From contig NC_086097.1 in the NCBI RefSeq assembly GCF_963921235.1, positions 109,866,001 through 109,930,000 on the forward strand: 64,000 nucleotides of DNA, read 5' to 3'. The notes beneath the pieces were generated by a model. That model was given only the letters and a program-made list of their open reading frames with translations. It ran no database searches and was not told the origin of the DNA. Origin of the DNA: Mobula hypostoma (Eukaryota). The position numbers and the translations under genes were made by a program. Positions within the stretch are counted from its first letter, which is position 1. The number at the start of each line of letters is the position of its first letter. This document shows positions 11,252 to 24,178 of the stretch, piece after piece.

Positions 11252-13351
11252 TTGAGACGTGAATTAGCTAAGATAGACTGGCAAATGACACTTAAAGGGT
11301 TGACGGTGGATATGCAATGGCAAGCATTTAAAGGTTGCATGGATGAACTACAACAATTGTTCATCCTAGTTTGGCAAAAGAATAAATCAAGGAAGGTAGT
11401 GCACCCGTGGCTGACAAGGGAAAATAGGGATAGTATCAATTCCAAAGAAGGAGCATACAAATTAGCCAGAAAAAGTGGCTCACCTGAGGACTGGGAGAAA
11501 TTCAGAGTTCAACAGAGGAGGACAAAGGGCTTAATTAGGAAGGGGAAAAAAGATTATGAGAGAAAACTGGCAGGGAACATAAAAACTGACTGTAAAAGCT
11601 TTTATAGATATGTGAAAAGAAAAAGATTGGTTAAGAGAAATGTAGGTCCCCTACAGACAGAAACAGGTGAATTGATTATGGGGAGCAAGGACATGGCAGA
11701 CCAATTGAATAATTACTTTGGTTCTGTCTTCACTAAAGAGGACATAAATAATCTTCCGGAAATAGTAGGGGACAGAGGGTCCAGTGACATGGAGGAACTG
11801 AGGGAAATGCATGTTAGTAGGGAAGTGGTGTTAGGTAAATTGAAGGGATTAAAGGCAGATAAATCCCCAGGGCCAGATGGTCTGCATCCCAGAGTGCTTA
11901 AGGAAGTAGCCCAAGAAATAGTGGATGTATTAGTGATAATTTTTCAAAACTCTTTAGATTCTGGACTAGTTCCTGAGGATTGGAGGGTGGCTAATGTAAC
12001 CCCACTTTTTAAAAAAGGAGGGAGAGAGAAACCAGGGAATTATAGACCGGTTAGCCTAACATCGATGGTGGGGAAACTGCTAGAGTCAGTTATCAAAGAT
12101 GTGATAACAGCACACTTGGAAAGTGATGAAATCATCGGGCAAAGTCAGCATGGATTTGTGAAAGGAAAATCATGTCTGACGAATCTCATAGAATTTTTTG
12201 AGGATGTAACTAGTAGAGCGGATAGGGGAGAACCAGTGGATGTGGTATATTTGGATTTTAAAAAGGCTTTTGACAAGGTCCCACACAAGAGATTAGTGTG
12301 CAAACTTAAAGCACACGGTATTGGGGGTAAGGTATTGATGTGGATAGAGCATTGGTTGGCAGACAGGAAGCAAAGAGTGGGAATAAACGGGACCTTTTCA
12401 GAATGGCAGGCAGTGACTAGTGGGGTACCGCAAGGCTCAGTGCTGGGACCCCAGTTGTTTACAATATATATTAATGACTTGGATGAGGGAATTAAATGCA
12501 GCATCTCTAAGTTTGCGGATGACAGGAAGCTGGGTGGCAGTGTTAGCTGTGAGGAAGATGCTAAGAGGATGCAGGGTGACTTGGATAGGTTGGGTGAGTG
12601 GGCAAATTCATGGCAGATGCAATTTAATGTGGATAAATGTGAATTTATCCACTTTGGTGGCAAATACAGGAAAACAGATTATTATCTAAATGGTGGCCGA
12701 TTAGGAAAAGGGGAGGTGCAACGAGACCTGGGTGTCATTATACACCAGTCATTGAAAGTGGGCATGCAGGTACAGCAGGCGGTGAAAAAGGCGAATGGTA
12801 TGCTGGCATTTATAGCGAGAGGATTCGAGTACAGGAGCAGGGAGGTACTACTGCAGTTGTACAAGGCCTTGGTGAGACCACACCTGGAGTATTGTGTGCA
12901 GTTTTGGTCCCCTAATCTGAGGAAAGACATCCTTGCCATAGAGGGAGTACAAAGAAGGTTCACCAGATTGATTCCTGGGATGGCAGGACTTTCATATGAT
13001 GAAAGACTGGATGAACTAGGCTTATACTCGTTTGAATTTAGAAGATTGAGGGGGGATCTGATTGAAACGTATAAAATCCTAAAGGGTTTGGACAGGCTAG
13101 ATGCAGGAAGATTGTTCCCGATGTTGGGGAAGTCCAGAATGAGGTGTCACACTTTGAGGATAAAGGGGAAACCTTTTAGGAGCGAGTTTAGGAAAAACTT
13201 CCTCACACAGAGAGTGGTGAATCTGTGGAATTCTCTGCCACAGGAAACAGTTGAGGCCAGTTCTTTGGCTATATTTAAGAGGGAGTTAGATATGGCCCTT
13301 GTGGCTAAAGGGATCAGGGGGTATGGAGGGAAGGCTGGTACAGGGTTCTGA
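11252..13351 (+). CDS. CR1 ORF2 reverse transcriptase, open frame of ~700 codons lacking the APE domain
   Basis: [80 protein letters not shown]. The first 28 aa of the predicted 727-aa ORF are flanking DNA. Confidence 0.9.
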   Translation: MRRELAKIDWQMTLKGLTVDMQWQAFKGCMDELQQLFILVWQKNKSRKVVHPWLTRENRDSINSKEGAYKLARKSGSPEDWEKFRVQQRRTKGLIRKGKKDYERKLAGNIKTDCKSFYRYVKRKRLVKRNVGPLQTETGELIMGSKDMADQLNNYFGSVFTKEDINNLPEIVGDRGSSDMEELREMHVSREVVLGKLKGLKADKSPGPDGLHPRVLKEVAQEIVDVLVIIFQNSLDSGLVPEDWRVANVTPLFKKGGREKPGNYRPVSLTSMVGKLLESVIKDVITAHLESDEIIGQSQHGFVKGKSCLTNLIEFFEDVTSRADRGEPVDVVYLDFKKAFDKVPHKRLVCKLKAHGIGGKVLMWIEHWLADRKQRVGINGTFSEWQAVTSGVPQGSVLGPQLFTIYINDLDEGIKCSISKFADDRKLGGSVSCEEDAKRMQGDLDRLGEWANSWQMQFNVDKCEFIHFGGKYRKTDYYLNGGRLGKGEVQRDLGVIIHQSLKVGMQVQQAVKKANGMLAFIARGFEYRSREVLLQLYKALVRPHLEYCVQFWSPNLRKDILAIEGVQRRFTRLIPGMAGLSYDERLDELGLYSFEFRRLRGDLIETYKILKGLDRLDAGRLFPMLGKSRMRCHTLRIKGKPFRSEFRKNFLTQRVVNLWNSLPQETVEASSLAIFKRELDMALVAKGIRGYGGKAGTGF

Positions 13352-13450
13352 GTTGGATGATCAGCCATGATCATACTGAATGGCGGTGCAGGTTCGAAGG
13401 GCTGAATGGCCTACTCCTGCACCTATTTTCTATGTTTCTATGTTTCTATG
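11253..13450 (+). mobile_element. Young 5'-truncated CR1 LINE (family A)
   Basis: Uninterrupted ORF2 frame to the stop at 13351, CR1 3' UTR and (TTCTATGT)n tail. Near-identical to the minus-strand copy at 33975-36421. Confidence 0.97.
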
Positions 13451-13849
13451 TAATACAGATATGGGCATATAATTCAGGCTCACTCCTTAGTTTGGTGTGG
13501 AAGGAGTATTCACAAGCAGCAGCTGTGATCTAAAACCTACCTTTCAAATACCTTGTACATGTGGAGAAGGGTGGACACACTCTCCTTGCATCAAAAGTGG
13601 AAAACTGCCAGCTATCGTATAGATTGTTTCTTCATATAACTTTGAGGACACAACAGATTAATTAATTGTCTCTGAAGCCAATTGCATTATCCTGAAGTTC
13701 TGAATGATAATATGTAAATACATTTTTTCCCTTAACTTCTTGGATTCCACCCAAAGTCACCATGGGAGGTGTGGTTCACATTCTCATTTTTCATTCTTAC
13801 AATATGTACAAATACTAAGTTAAGTTTTAAATAAGTTTCCAATCCTCAC

Positions 13850-16800
13850 TGGAGGAGAGACTAAAGAATGGGATTTTTTTTCCTTTAAACAGAGGAGGCA
13901 GAGGTATACAAAGTTATGAAGAGCATACAGTAGAAGTGGACTTTTCTCCATAGTAGAGGTATCTGAAACAACAGTTAATGATTCAGATTAATGGGTCAGA
14001 GGTTGAGAAAGGATCTGAGAATGAATATTTTCATGCAGAAAGTTGATGTAATCTGGAATTCATTGGATGAGAGGATGGTGAAGTCAGGTGATCTCACAAC
14101 ACTTAGGAAGTATCTTGATGAAACATTGTACCACTAAGTTATGGAAGTATACACAAGTATAGAACAAACAAAGGGTAGGTAATATGAGATGGAAAATGCT
14201 CTCAGAAATAAGAGAGGGGGCTACTAGGGACCTGATCGATATTTTAGCATCTTCATTAACCACAGAAGGTATACTAGGAGACTTGAGAATGGCTAATGTT
14301 GCTGCTTTATTTAAAAAGGGCAGTGGTGATACCCCAGGTTTGTAAAGCTGTAGTCAGTGGCAGGGAAATTCCTGGAGAAAATTTGAAAGGACAAGATTGT
14401 TAACATTTGGAAAGGCAGGAATTGATTAGGAAAAGGATGGTTTTATGCAGAATAAATACTATTTCAATGATTTGATTGAATTTTTACAAAGGAGTTTCAT
14501 TAAGCAGGGCAGTAAGTGTTGCCTATGTGGAGTTAATAAGCCATTTGACACAGTCCCTCAAAGTTGCTTGGTCAGATGGTTAAGATATCTAATTGGCTTT
14601 TTAATAGGAGCATAACTGTGCTGACTGGCGGTCTGTGACTAGTCATGTACCACAGGGATGGGTGCTGGGACATAAATGACTTGGATGTGAATGCAGAAAG
14701 TATGATTAATAAGTCAATGGATGATGGATTGAGTTTTAGTAGGAAGTGATGAAGGTGAGTATGGAGCAGTGGATGTTGTCTTTATGAATTTTAGGAAGGT
14801 GTTTCAAGTCATTCATGGTAGGTTCATCCACAAGATTAAGATGCTTGGGCGTCCATAGAGTCATAGATGCAGAATTGGCCAGCCCATAGAAGCCAGGGGG
14901 GAGTGGTCAATGAGACTTATTCTGGCTAGAGGTCTGTGACTAGTTATTTTCCTTAGTGGAGCATATGCGATTTATGCTATGTGCAGTAATACCGACTTGG
15001 ATGAAAACACAGATGGGTGGTTTAGTAAATTCAGATGACACGAAGATAGGTGGAAACATGGATAGTTCAGAAAATTGGTTAATGATCCAGAGGAGTTTAG
15101 ATCAGTTGTAGATATGGACAGAGAGATGGCAGATAGAGTTTAATCCAGCCAAGTATGAGGTGTAGTACATTGTGAAATCAAATGTAAAGGGAAAGTGCCC
15201 AACACTTAACAGTGTTGATGTACAGAAGGATCTTATGGTCCTAGTTCATATCCCCTTGGAAGTGGCCACACAAGTTGATAGGGTGGTAAAGAAGCTCCAT
15301 GGCATCATTGCCTTTATTGTTTGAGGCACAGAGTTCAAGAGTCAGGAAATTATGTTACAGTTTTATAAAATTCTGTTCAGGCCACTTCTGGAGTTCAACA
15401 TTCAGTTCTGGTTGACCTGTTATAGGGAGGGTGCAGAGGCTTTGGAAAAGGTACAGAAGAGATTTACCCGGATGCTGCCTGGATTAGAGGGCATGTACAA
15501 TATGGACAGGTTGGACAAACTTGGGTTGTCTTCCCTGGAGTGGCAAAGGCTGAGAGAAGACCTGACGGAAGTTATAAAATGATGGAAGTCATATAGCAGA
15601 CAGTCAGTATCTTTACCCCAGGTCAAGGTCTGGGCTTGCATTTAAGGTGAAAGTGGGAGAGTTCAAAGGAGATACACGAGATGAGTTTCTTTTACACAGA
15701 AAGTGTTGGGTCTCTTACGCAGGGAATGCTGGGAGTCTGGAATGTTCTGCCAGGCATGGTAGTGGAGGCAAATACAACAGAGGTGTTTCAGAGGCCCTTA
15801 GATGGGCATCTAGATATACAGAAAATAAAACAATGTGGACCATGCACAGACATAAGTGAGTAGGTAGGTCAGGGAGGATTAGTTTGGCAAATTTAGTTCA
15901 TTGCAGGCTGAAGAACTTGTACCTGTGCCCTACTACTCTATGTTGTATGACACGGAAATTGTGATGTTGCGGATACCAAGGAAATTTTCTACGGCTACAG
16001 CAGAACAGAGATCAGATGGAAAGCTCGGTAGAGCGCTGGCAAATGGAATTTAATACTGACAGTTGTGGGGCAATATAGTTGGGAATTCAAATAGGGATGG
16101 GGTGTATGTGGTAAAAGGAATCCTTGAACAGATAGACTTAGGGTCAAAGTCTGTAATTCCTTGAAAATAGCAACACATGTTGATAGGTTGGTTAAGAAGG
16201 CACATTGCATATGTCAGGGCATGAAATAGGAAAACTATGAAGCTTTACATCTTCACTAAACATTGCTTAAGGCATTCTTGGTATTGTATGTAATTCTGGT
16301 TGGCATACTACAGGAAGGATGCTATTGTACTGCAGTGAGTGCAGAGGAGATTCACCAACATGTTTGGAGGACTTTGGTTATGGGAAGAGACTGGGCTGAT
16401 TGGGCTTGAAGAAAGAAGACTTGCAGGTGACTTGATTAAAGTACGGAACAGGGTTGATAGTCAAATTCTTTATCCTGCTATGGGAGTATCAGAAACAAGA
16501 ACACATGGGTTTAAGGTGAGAGGTAGGAGTTTTCAAGGGGATCTGAGGGCTAAGAATTTTACACAGAGAATCGTTGATACCTGGAATGCATTTCCAGTGG
16601 AGGGTGTGAATTTAGATACAGTGATAATGTTTGAGAAGAATTGAAGCAGATATGGTAGACAAATGTACTTGTTTCTGTGTTGTATAATTCTAAGGATCCA
16701 GGAGTCTGGCTCAAGTGTGATGCCAAGCAATTAGACATTGCTCCTGTGCTTTTTCTTTCAGCGAGAATGGGATGGAGTAGGTGAGAACAGATCTAATCAC

Positions 16801-17270
16801 TTAACAACTCTGTAAAAGTAAGGAACATTTGGATCATTGGAGGAAATTCTGAGGGATGATATATATCACTTACAAAGCTGCAAATTAGTTAAGAACCATC
16901 ATCACAGAAATATCATGCCTAATAAATTACATTTTCTGATGTGCTAACAATGAGTTTAGCACATTTAATGTTGTCTACATGAATTTTAGAAAGGCTTTTG
17001 CTGAGAATGCTGTCTGCAAAGATATTCTATAGGTCCTGGTGGGTCTTCTGTTGCTTTGCCTGGCATTCATCAATTATTTAGTGTTAAATGTAGTGAGCAT
17101 GATAATAAATTGTAGAAGAGACTAATTAATAAATAGCCCAAGGTTTTGGAAAGATATCTTTGAAAAAGAAAAGAGGAACTGGATTTCGCTGTGGTATTGG
17201 ATGAGCAAATGCAACTGAGAAGGAAATTTTTTTAAATGGTGAAAAGGCTAATTGAATATGTGCATTTATA
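13850..17270 (+). mobile_element. Tandem cluster of very old CR1 RT/3'-end fragments
   Basis: Recurrent decayed motifs (LEKVQKRFTRMLPGL, QRRFTNM, HGFKVRG, FTQRIVDTWN). Confidence 0.75.
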
Positions 17271-17319
17271 GATGGTAGAAAAAGGGATATTAGTTGCCCA
17301 TGGGTGGCATCATGGAGGG

Positions 17320-19548
17320 TGAACCTACAGAAAGCATCCGGCACAAACAGGGTACCTGTCCGAGCACTAAAGACCTGTGCTGATCACCTGTCTGGAGTGT
17401 TTACTGATAGCTTTAACCTCTTGCTTCAGCAGTCTGAGGTAGCAAAATGCTTCAAGTGCCTTCTGTTATACCAGCGTCTAAGAAAAGCATGGTAACTTGC
17501 ATCAATGGCTATCTTCCAGTAAAACTTCCATCCACAGTGATGAAGTGCTTTGAGAAGTTGGTGAAGAAACATATCAACTCTGGCCTGAGAAGTGACTTAG
17601 ATCTGCTCCAATTTGCATACCAGCATAACAGGTCCACAGCAGATGCCATTTCATTGGCTCATCACTTAACCCTGGAACATCTGGACAAGATGCTTATATA
17701 AGGATGCATTGTATTGACTACAGCTTGGTATTCAATACTATCATCCCCTCAAAACTAATCAATAAGCTTCAAGACCTTGGTCTCAATGTGCAATTGGATC
17801 CTTGATTTCCTCACTTGCAGACCCCAGTCAGTTTGGATTGACATCTCCCCCACAATCTCTATCAGCTCCGCTGCGCCACAAGGCTGTGTGCTTAGCCCCC
17901 TGCTCTACATGCTTTACACATATAACTGTGAGGCTCTCAGCTCCAATGCCATAGTTAAGTTTGCTGAGGGCACCACTGTCATTGGCCAAATCAAAGCTGG
18001 TGACGAATCAGCAAATAGGACAGAGATTGAAAATCTGGCTGAGCGGTGTCACATCAACAACTTCTGACTTAATGTCAGCAAGATCAAGCAGCTGATTACT
18101 GGCTTCAGGTGGGAAAAACTGGAGGTCTATGAGTCAGTCCTTAATGGGGGATCAGAGGTGGAGAAGGTCAGCAACTTTACATTCCTCATTTCAGAGGACC
18201 TGTCCTGAGCCCAGCACATAGTGTAAGTACAATTGTGGAGAAAGCACGGCAGCACCTCTACTTCCATAAGTGTTTGTGGAGATTCGACATGACATCTAAA
18301 ACATTGACAAACTTCTATAGATATGTGATGCAGAGTATATTGACTGGCTACATCACAGCCTGGTATGGAAACACCGATACCCTTGAATGGAAAATCCCAC
18401 AAAAAATAGTGGATAAAGTCCTGTCTATCACAGGTAAATCCTTCCCCACCACTGAGCAATGTTGCAACAAAGCAGCATCTCACATCAAGGACTCCTGCAC
18501 CCGGCCATGCTCTCTTCTCACTGCTGCCATCAGGAAGAAGGTGCAGGAGCCTCAGGACATACAACACCAGGATTCAGGAACAGTTATTACCCCTCAACCA
18601 TCAAGCTCTTGAACCAGTGAGGATAACTTCACCCAACTTCACTTGTCCCATCACTGAACTGCTCCCATAACCCATGTACTCGCTTTCAAGCACTCTACAT
18701 CCAATGTTCTCTCTAATTTATAATGACCAGTGTGCACAAAAATCTTGTGCTGTGCAATTTTTTGCCCAGTGACAACAACATGTGCATGCTGAATTGTATG
18801 TGATTTCCTTGCTAAATGATGCTTTAAAAAGTCAAGTTTCTGAATATCACCACGCTTCTTCCCACTTGCAAATTCTCCAGTAACTTTTGCATTGCAAAAA
18901 TACGCATAGATAACACCAGTTTCTGTATTGTGCATAAATATTTTTCATAGCAGCATGTTCCTGATCTCATGAACTTTCAGTGTAGTAGTTTCTTTTGTTT
19001 CAATAAGCCATTCTGCAATTCTTTTGCGCTTCATGCCCTTTGCTTCTTTGGAATTCAACACAGTGAACCAATAATTTCTTCAATAAAAACAGTATAAATA
19101 AGCCACTTCTAAAATCTGCAGACAAATCATTGCAAACTCCACATTGTCAACGCCATTAGCATCAGAAGCTGAAAAAGGAAATGTGATTGTGTGCGATCAT
19201 GAAGTGTACTTAATATGCCAATGAGGTAGAGGGTGACAAACTTTTGTGTGCAGTTTAAATTCCTTTGTGTGTTAGATGCAAAAGATGTGTGCATGTGCAC
19301 ACCTTCGAGGCAACATTGTCTACATCTCATGTTGTTGATATTTATTTCTTCTTATTATTTGTTTTTTTCTTCTGTATTTGCACAATTTGTTGTCTTTTGC
19401 CCATTGGTTGTTGTTACGTTCTGCTGAGTGCAGCCTTGACTCTATTGTTTTTTGGATTTACTCTGTCTGCCCACAGGGAAATGAATCTCAGGGTAGTACA
19501 TGATGACATATATGCAATTTGATCATAAATTTACTTTGAACTTTGAAC
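17320..19548 (+). mobile_element. Degenerate Rex1/Babar LINE with a hAT element nested in its 3' UTR
   Basis: [57 protein letters not shown]; tail tttgaactttgaac at ~19535-19548. Confidence 0.85.
18702..19318 (-). mobile_element. Non-autonomous hAT transposon carrying a transposase N-terminal zinc-finger relic
   Basis: Exact 8-bp TSD TCTACATC (18694-18701 and 19319-19326). Imperfect TIRs CAATGTTCTCTCTAA / TTCGAGGCAACATTG. Minus-strand FCNAKVTGEFASGKK..KLDFLKHHLARKSH. Confidence 0.85.
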
Positions 19549-19689
19549 ATTTCCAGTCACCACATTATGGGAAAGATATGATGGTTCAAAGAAGACTTTT
19601 GAGGTTGATGCCATGGATGGAGGTTAATAGCATTTGAGAAACACATTGCATAGCCTACTAGGCCTAATACCTCACAGAACCAGACACCA

Positions 19690-20235
19690 AGGAAATCAGT
19701 CCTGGGCTCAGGTGCAGTCTGTATGAAGTTTATATATTCTCTCCGTGATCACCCAAGATTCCTCTGAGTGCCCTGGTGTCCACTCACATCCCGAAGACAT
19801 TCTGGTTGGTAGATTAATTGGCTGCCATAAATTGTCTAAGTGGCAGAATTTAAGGAAAGTTGTTGAGAATGTAAGGCAAAGTTTTTAGAAGGCATTAATG
19901 TAAATGGGCGGTTGATGATCAGTGCAGACTCATCCAACTGAAGGTCCTGTTTTATGAGTCTCATAGCAAAGCAACCCACCTTGTCAATAACAACCATCAA
20001 ATGCTCATTTGCACTAATCCATTTTTCTTTCCCATATTCAAAATCCAGAAGCCCCTCTGCTCCCACCCCCCTTCTTTGACCCCACCTGCGCAGGGGAGCA
20101 TTAGCCTACCAACCAACATGTCTGGCATTTGGAAGGACAGCAAACCACCATATACAGAACACCCAAGCTCAGGATCTAACTCAGGTCTCTTGGACCTGTG
20201 AGGCAACAGAACAAACTGCTGTGTCCACTGTACGG
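19690..20235. mobile_element. Two HE1/V-SINE-like elements in opposite orientation
   Basis: Plus copy: tgtatgaagtttatatattctctccgtg...ttcctctgagtgccctggt...acatcccgaagac. Minus copy: cctaccaaccaacatgtctggcatttggaagg...gaactcaggtctcttggacctgtgaggc-like segment. Confidence 0.55.
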
Positions 20236-20684
20236 ATTTCAGTGTCAGACTTAGTGAGCCCTGAATCCATAGCAAACATACACAGAGTGGGGACCTGGTT
20301 CCACTTGATTGACCAATTACTGACAGTTCCCTTTGATACTGCTGGCAACAGATAGCTAGATCTCACTCACGTTTCCTTTTAATTAGCTGGCATGGTCAGA
20401 TGATCTTCTCCGCTGTGGATTTCTATGATTCCATTGTTTAATTCAAATGAATTATTGCTCAGTTCTTACAGTAAAGACTTTCCTCACTGGCAGGCATTAG
20501 AACATGAAAGATAAGGATGATTTTAGAAGAAATGTAGAACTGAAAAGTTGTGTCCTCTTGAATGATTACGAGTGATTTACAAAGTAACGCAGTGACTGCC
20601 AAATGCTTCTGCAAGGCCTTGCATTGAGGATACAATTTTTGCCCAAAACAAAGAGAGCAATAAAAGAAAAATAGCTATCATAGA

Positions 20685-20890
20685 AACAACAGATACTGGA
20701 AATCTGAAATAAAAGCAGAAAACGCTGGAAAAACTCAGCAGGCCAGGCATCATCTGTGGAAAGAGGAACAATTAATGTTTCAGATTTAACCTCCTTCATC
20801 AGAAATGACCTTTCTGGATCCTCCAGCTGTTAACTGTTTTTCTTTCCATGCGCGCTGTCTGACCTACTATGATTTTTCAGTATTTTCTTC
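20685..20890. mobile_element. Old Penelope pLTR fold-back with a minus-strand hammerhead relic
   Basis: gctggaaaaactcagcaggccaggcatcatctgtgga... and a decayed inverted copy. Minus strand ~20772-20803 reads CTGATGAAGG..TCTGAAACATT. Confidence 0.6.
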
Positions 20891-20939
20891 CTGTGAATCT
20901 AATAACAGGTAAATATATTAACAGTAATGGTGAGGTAGT

Positions 20940-21398
20940 CAGGGTCTCCTAGGCTCAGATTGTTTCCTTGTACTGTCCTTCATTGAACTGAGGCTGAGGC
21001 TGTGATCTGCTCCCGCTATTCCGAGCTCCGTGTCTGAGGGTTCTGCGTTGGACTGAGGCTGAGGCTGAAGATGTGGCCTGCTCTGGCCGCTCTGATCTCA
21101 GTGTCTGAGGGCTCTGCAACGTTTACTTGGTTCTGCGCTGGATTGAGACTGAGGCTGTGATCTGCTCCCGCTATTCCGAGCTCCAGGCTTCATGTCTATG
21201 GACTTACTTTTGTTCTGAACGTTACTTGCTTACTTTTATTGTTTGCACAATTTTTCTCTCTCTCAGCACATTGGGCGTTTGACTTGCCTGTTTTTGTGGG
21301 TTCTTTTGGGTTTCTTTGTTTTGTGGCTGCCTGTAAGGAGACAAATCTCAAGATTGTACAATGTATACACTTTGATAATAAATGTACTTTGAACTTTG
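20940..21398 (+). mobile_element. Non-autonomous retroelement with internal direct repeats
   Basis: ctgaggctgtgatctgctcccgctattccgagctcc occurs twice (~20994 and ~21149); tail aataaatgtactttgaactttg. Confidence 0.55.
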
Positions 21399-23059
21399 GT
21401 AGAAAGCCAGTGATCCCATTCCTTGACTAACTATCATTCTTCAAAGCTGAACACATGGAAATCCATGTCCGGTTCATGGCATACATTCCTAGAGGTAACA
21501 AGTATTTTAGAATCCTCTTTCTTTCCACCCGTAGGATTTATCTCTCAGTATCAGGCACTTGCCCAAATCAGAGTGCACTGTAATTTGCAGGTGAGCCTTG
21601 TTATGCAAGTTCAGACATTGATGGGTTTTATGCCAAAATCAGTTTAGTGCTTGTTTAATTTAACAATTTTTTTCATTTGACTGATGCATTAGTTTACTTA
21701 GAAGTTAGGAATAATAGGAACATAGAAATAGGAATCCTACATTTAAACCTGTTTCAGTGACATCTCTGCATCCTGGATTGATCCAGTCACCTTGTTCTAC
21801 ATCTCCTAAGACCACCGTCTTACAGAAAATATATAAAGTTAAAATGACTTGCAGCTTTCTGTGTGAATATTTTGTGTTTCTAAAACCCTTCGCACAAAGA
21901 AATGCTTCTAACTTCTCTAATGAATGACCCCAAACTAAATCTGCTGTGACTCATTATTCTAGATGCTCCTATCCAAATATTTATATAGATAGTATTACGT
22001 ATGACATTAAATGTAACACGATGCAGAAAGGGAGCAAATGCAGTAGCAATCTTTGACTTTCCATATTGCAATGGGTTGCTATTGCCTAGTATAACACAAT
22101 ATTCTTCCCTAATTATAAATTGTACAGTACACATTAATTAATATATTTAAATGGTTCCCAAGTTTCTTTCCAATCTCATCCAGTTCTAAAACTTGTAGAC
22201 ATATCTTACAGTTTTTTTGGTAAAATTGTCATAACTACATGTAAAAGTGAAGAGTGCAATCTCATTATCTGTGAGGATCTGCTGCTGCCTCATATTTCAG
22301 CACCTCAGATCAGATTTAGCACTAGACTTCATTAGGTGTCAAACTGAATCCTGACATGCTAGAATTTTTTTATAATGACACACTGTCTCATTTCATTTTT
22401 GTTAACAAAGAAATCATCTTTCCACAAATGCTGAAGTAAAAAAATAAAGCTCTCTTGCAAATAACCACCTTCCATTTTGCATGGATTTGATGCCCACAGT
22501 TGAAAGCTGTAAGTTTGAATGCTTTGGAAATGTTTTTGGTTACATGTGTTGAGTGTGCAGTTTCAGCAAACCATTTGAATATATGTCATTTTGTAATGAA
22601 CTTGCAAGTACCTGTTTTGTTGCCTTTACTGATCCACTTTAACAAGACCCACTGCAGAAACAGGTAACCTGGTGAGCATCAAAGCACTTCATTAGATATT
22701 TGAATCACAGGATGTCCATTCGGCATCCTAAATGTGTTCATTTGCTTCTTTTGCACGGCGAGCATAAAGATTTTGCTATTTGGTTAAATGTGCGAACATA
22801 CAAGCATTCAGCATCAGCCTCAAGCACAGCAAATTTGCTTTTTTGGAAGCTGATAATGTGATAATTAAATTGCTCACAGACACCTTGTTGATGGCATTTG
22901 CTGAAGATTTGAAAACCCTTTTACAATTATACCTTCCTGCGGGGGAATCATCACTGGAAGCGCAATGATCAGATTGGAGTTATTTTTGAAGGCATGTATT
23001 AAAATTTTATGTGGAGTGAAATGGGACAAGACCCGTTTCCTTTCTACTGCACAATGATT

Positions 23060-23300
23060 TATTACTCCAAAAGACCACAGAACTAATTAGCAGAGTAATT
23101 AATTAATATAAATTTGCATATTTGCATTCGCAATTAGTGCAGTCAACTGATTAGTCTGAAATGGGAAGTTTGACTCATCAGATGTTAGTGTCTGCTGGAC
23201 CGGAAAAATACTGCCAGATGAGGCAGATAAATAAACAGGGCGCATGTGCAAAAGTCGTCTTTGTTGTAAAAATGAACTCACTCAAGTAATGAGGTCCTTA
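23060..23300. promoter_or_regulatory. Candidate conserved non-coding element / enhancer
   Basis: Repeat-free island with tandem octamers ATTTGCAT-ATTTGCAT (23112-23127), several TAAT/ATTA cores, TGACTCA (23171), two CAGATG E-boxes (23179, 23215) and a forkhead-like ATAAACA (23231). Motif content only. Confidence 0.35.
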
Positions 23301-23949
23301 TACCAAAGCAGATGAAAAAATTCACTGTGATTATTATAAAGACTACAAAATTATTGAACTTCACTGAGCTATGCCTGTGAAGGTAGTGTTGCAACCTTCA
23401 TGACTTTACAATAAGATGATTACCAGCACTTTGTTTAAAGAAAGTAAAAGATTAAAAGGCTATACTTAACCTACATCTTAAATTATATTTGTATATTTCC
23501 TATTCAGTACTGTTAAATTTCAATCCTCCTTAATTCACCTATTAGGCCAGTTTTCCCTCCAGCATAATCTTAATCTTTACCCACAGCCTGTCTACCCCAT
23601 TTTTGTTGTAGTGTCATCCAGAGAGTATTTTTCCTTGCCTCACATAAGTCAAAGAATCACATAGTATCAAAGAGGTCATTCAATCCATTATGTTTGGGTT
23701 ATTCATAGAAAGAGTTACTAAATAAATCCACTACCCTTCCATTTCCTGGAAATAATGTATCTACTTCCTTTCTGAACGCTTGAGTTGAAGCTGTGGTCAA
23801 AATAATTCAAATCTTTCTCTTTTCTTTCCCCTTGTGTGTGCACTGAACTTACTGGCAATGGGGAAAAAAAAATCTCCCCACCTACACTTCTAGGATTCCT
23901 GAAGAATCTTCCCCTAATTGTTCTTGCTCAAAGAACAATAATACAAGTT

Positions 23950-24178
23950 CAATATTCAGGAACACTGTCTTCCCCTCTACTATCTGATTTCTGAACGGAC
24001 ATTGAACCCATGAACACTAACTCACTAATTTTTAATTTCTTTTTTTGTACTACTTATTTGATTTAACTATACTTACTATAATTCATGTTTTTTCTCTATT
24101 ATTATGTATTGCAAAAATTGTCACAAAGACAACAAATTTCACGACATATGCCAGTGATATTAAACCTGATTCTGATTC
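23950..24178 (+). mobile_element. Rex1/Babar 3' terminal fragment
   Basis: ttcaggaacactgtcttcccctctac...aacaaatttcacgacatatgccagtgatattaaacctgattctgattct, matching the end of the 41762-42626 element. Confidence 0.8.

Noticed and set aside
12145..13374. Long antisense ORFs repeated at 34051-35166
   Set aside because: Shadow frames of CR1 ORF2; they recur only because the two CR1 copies are near-identical.
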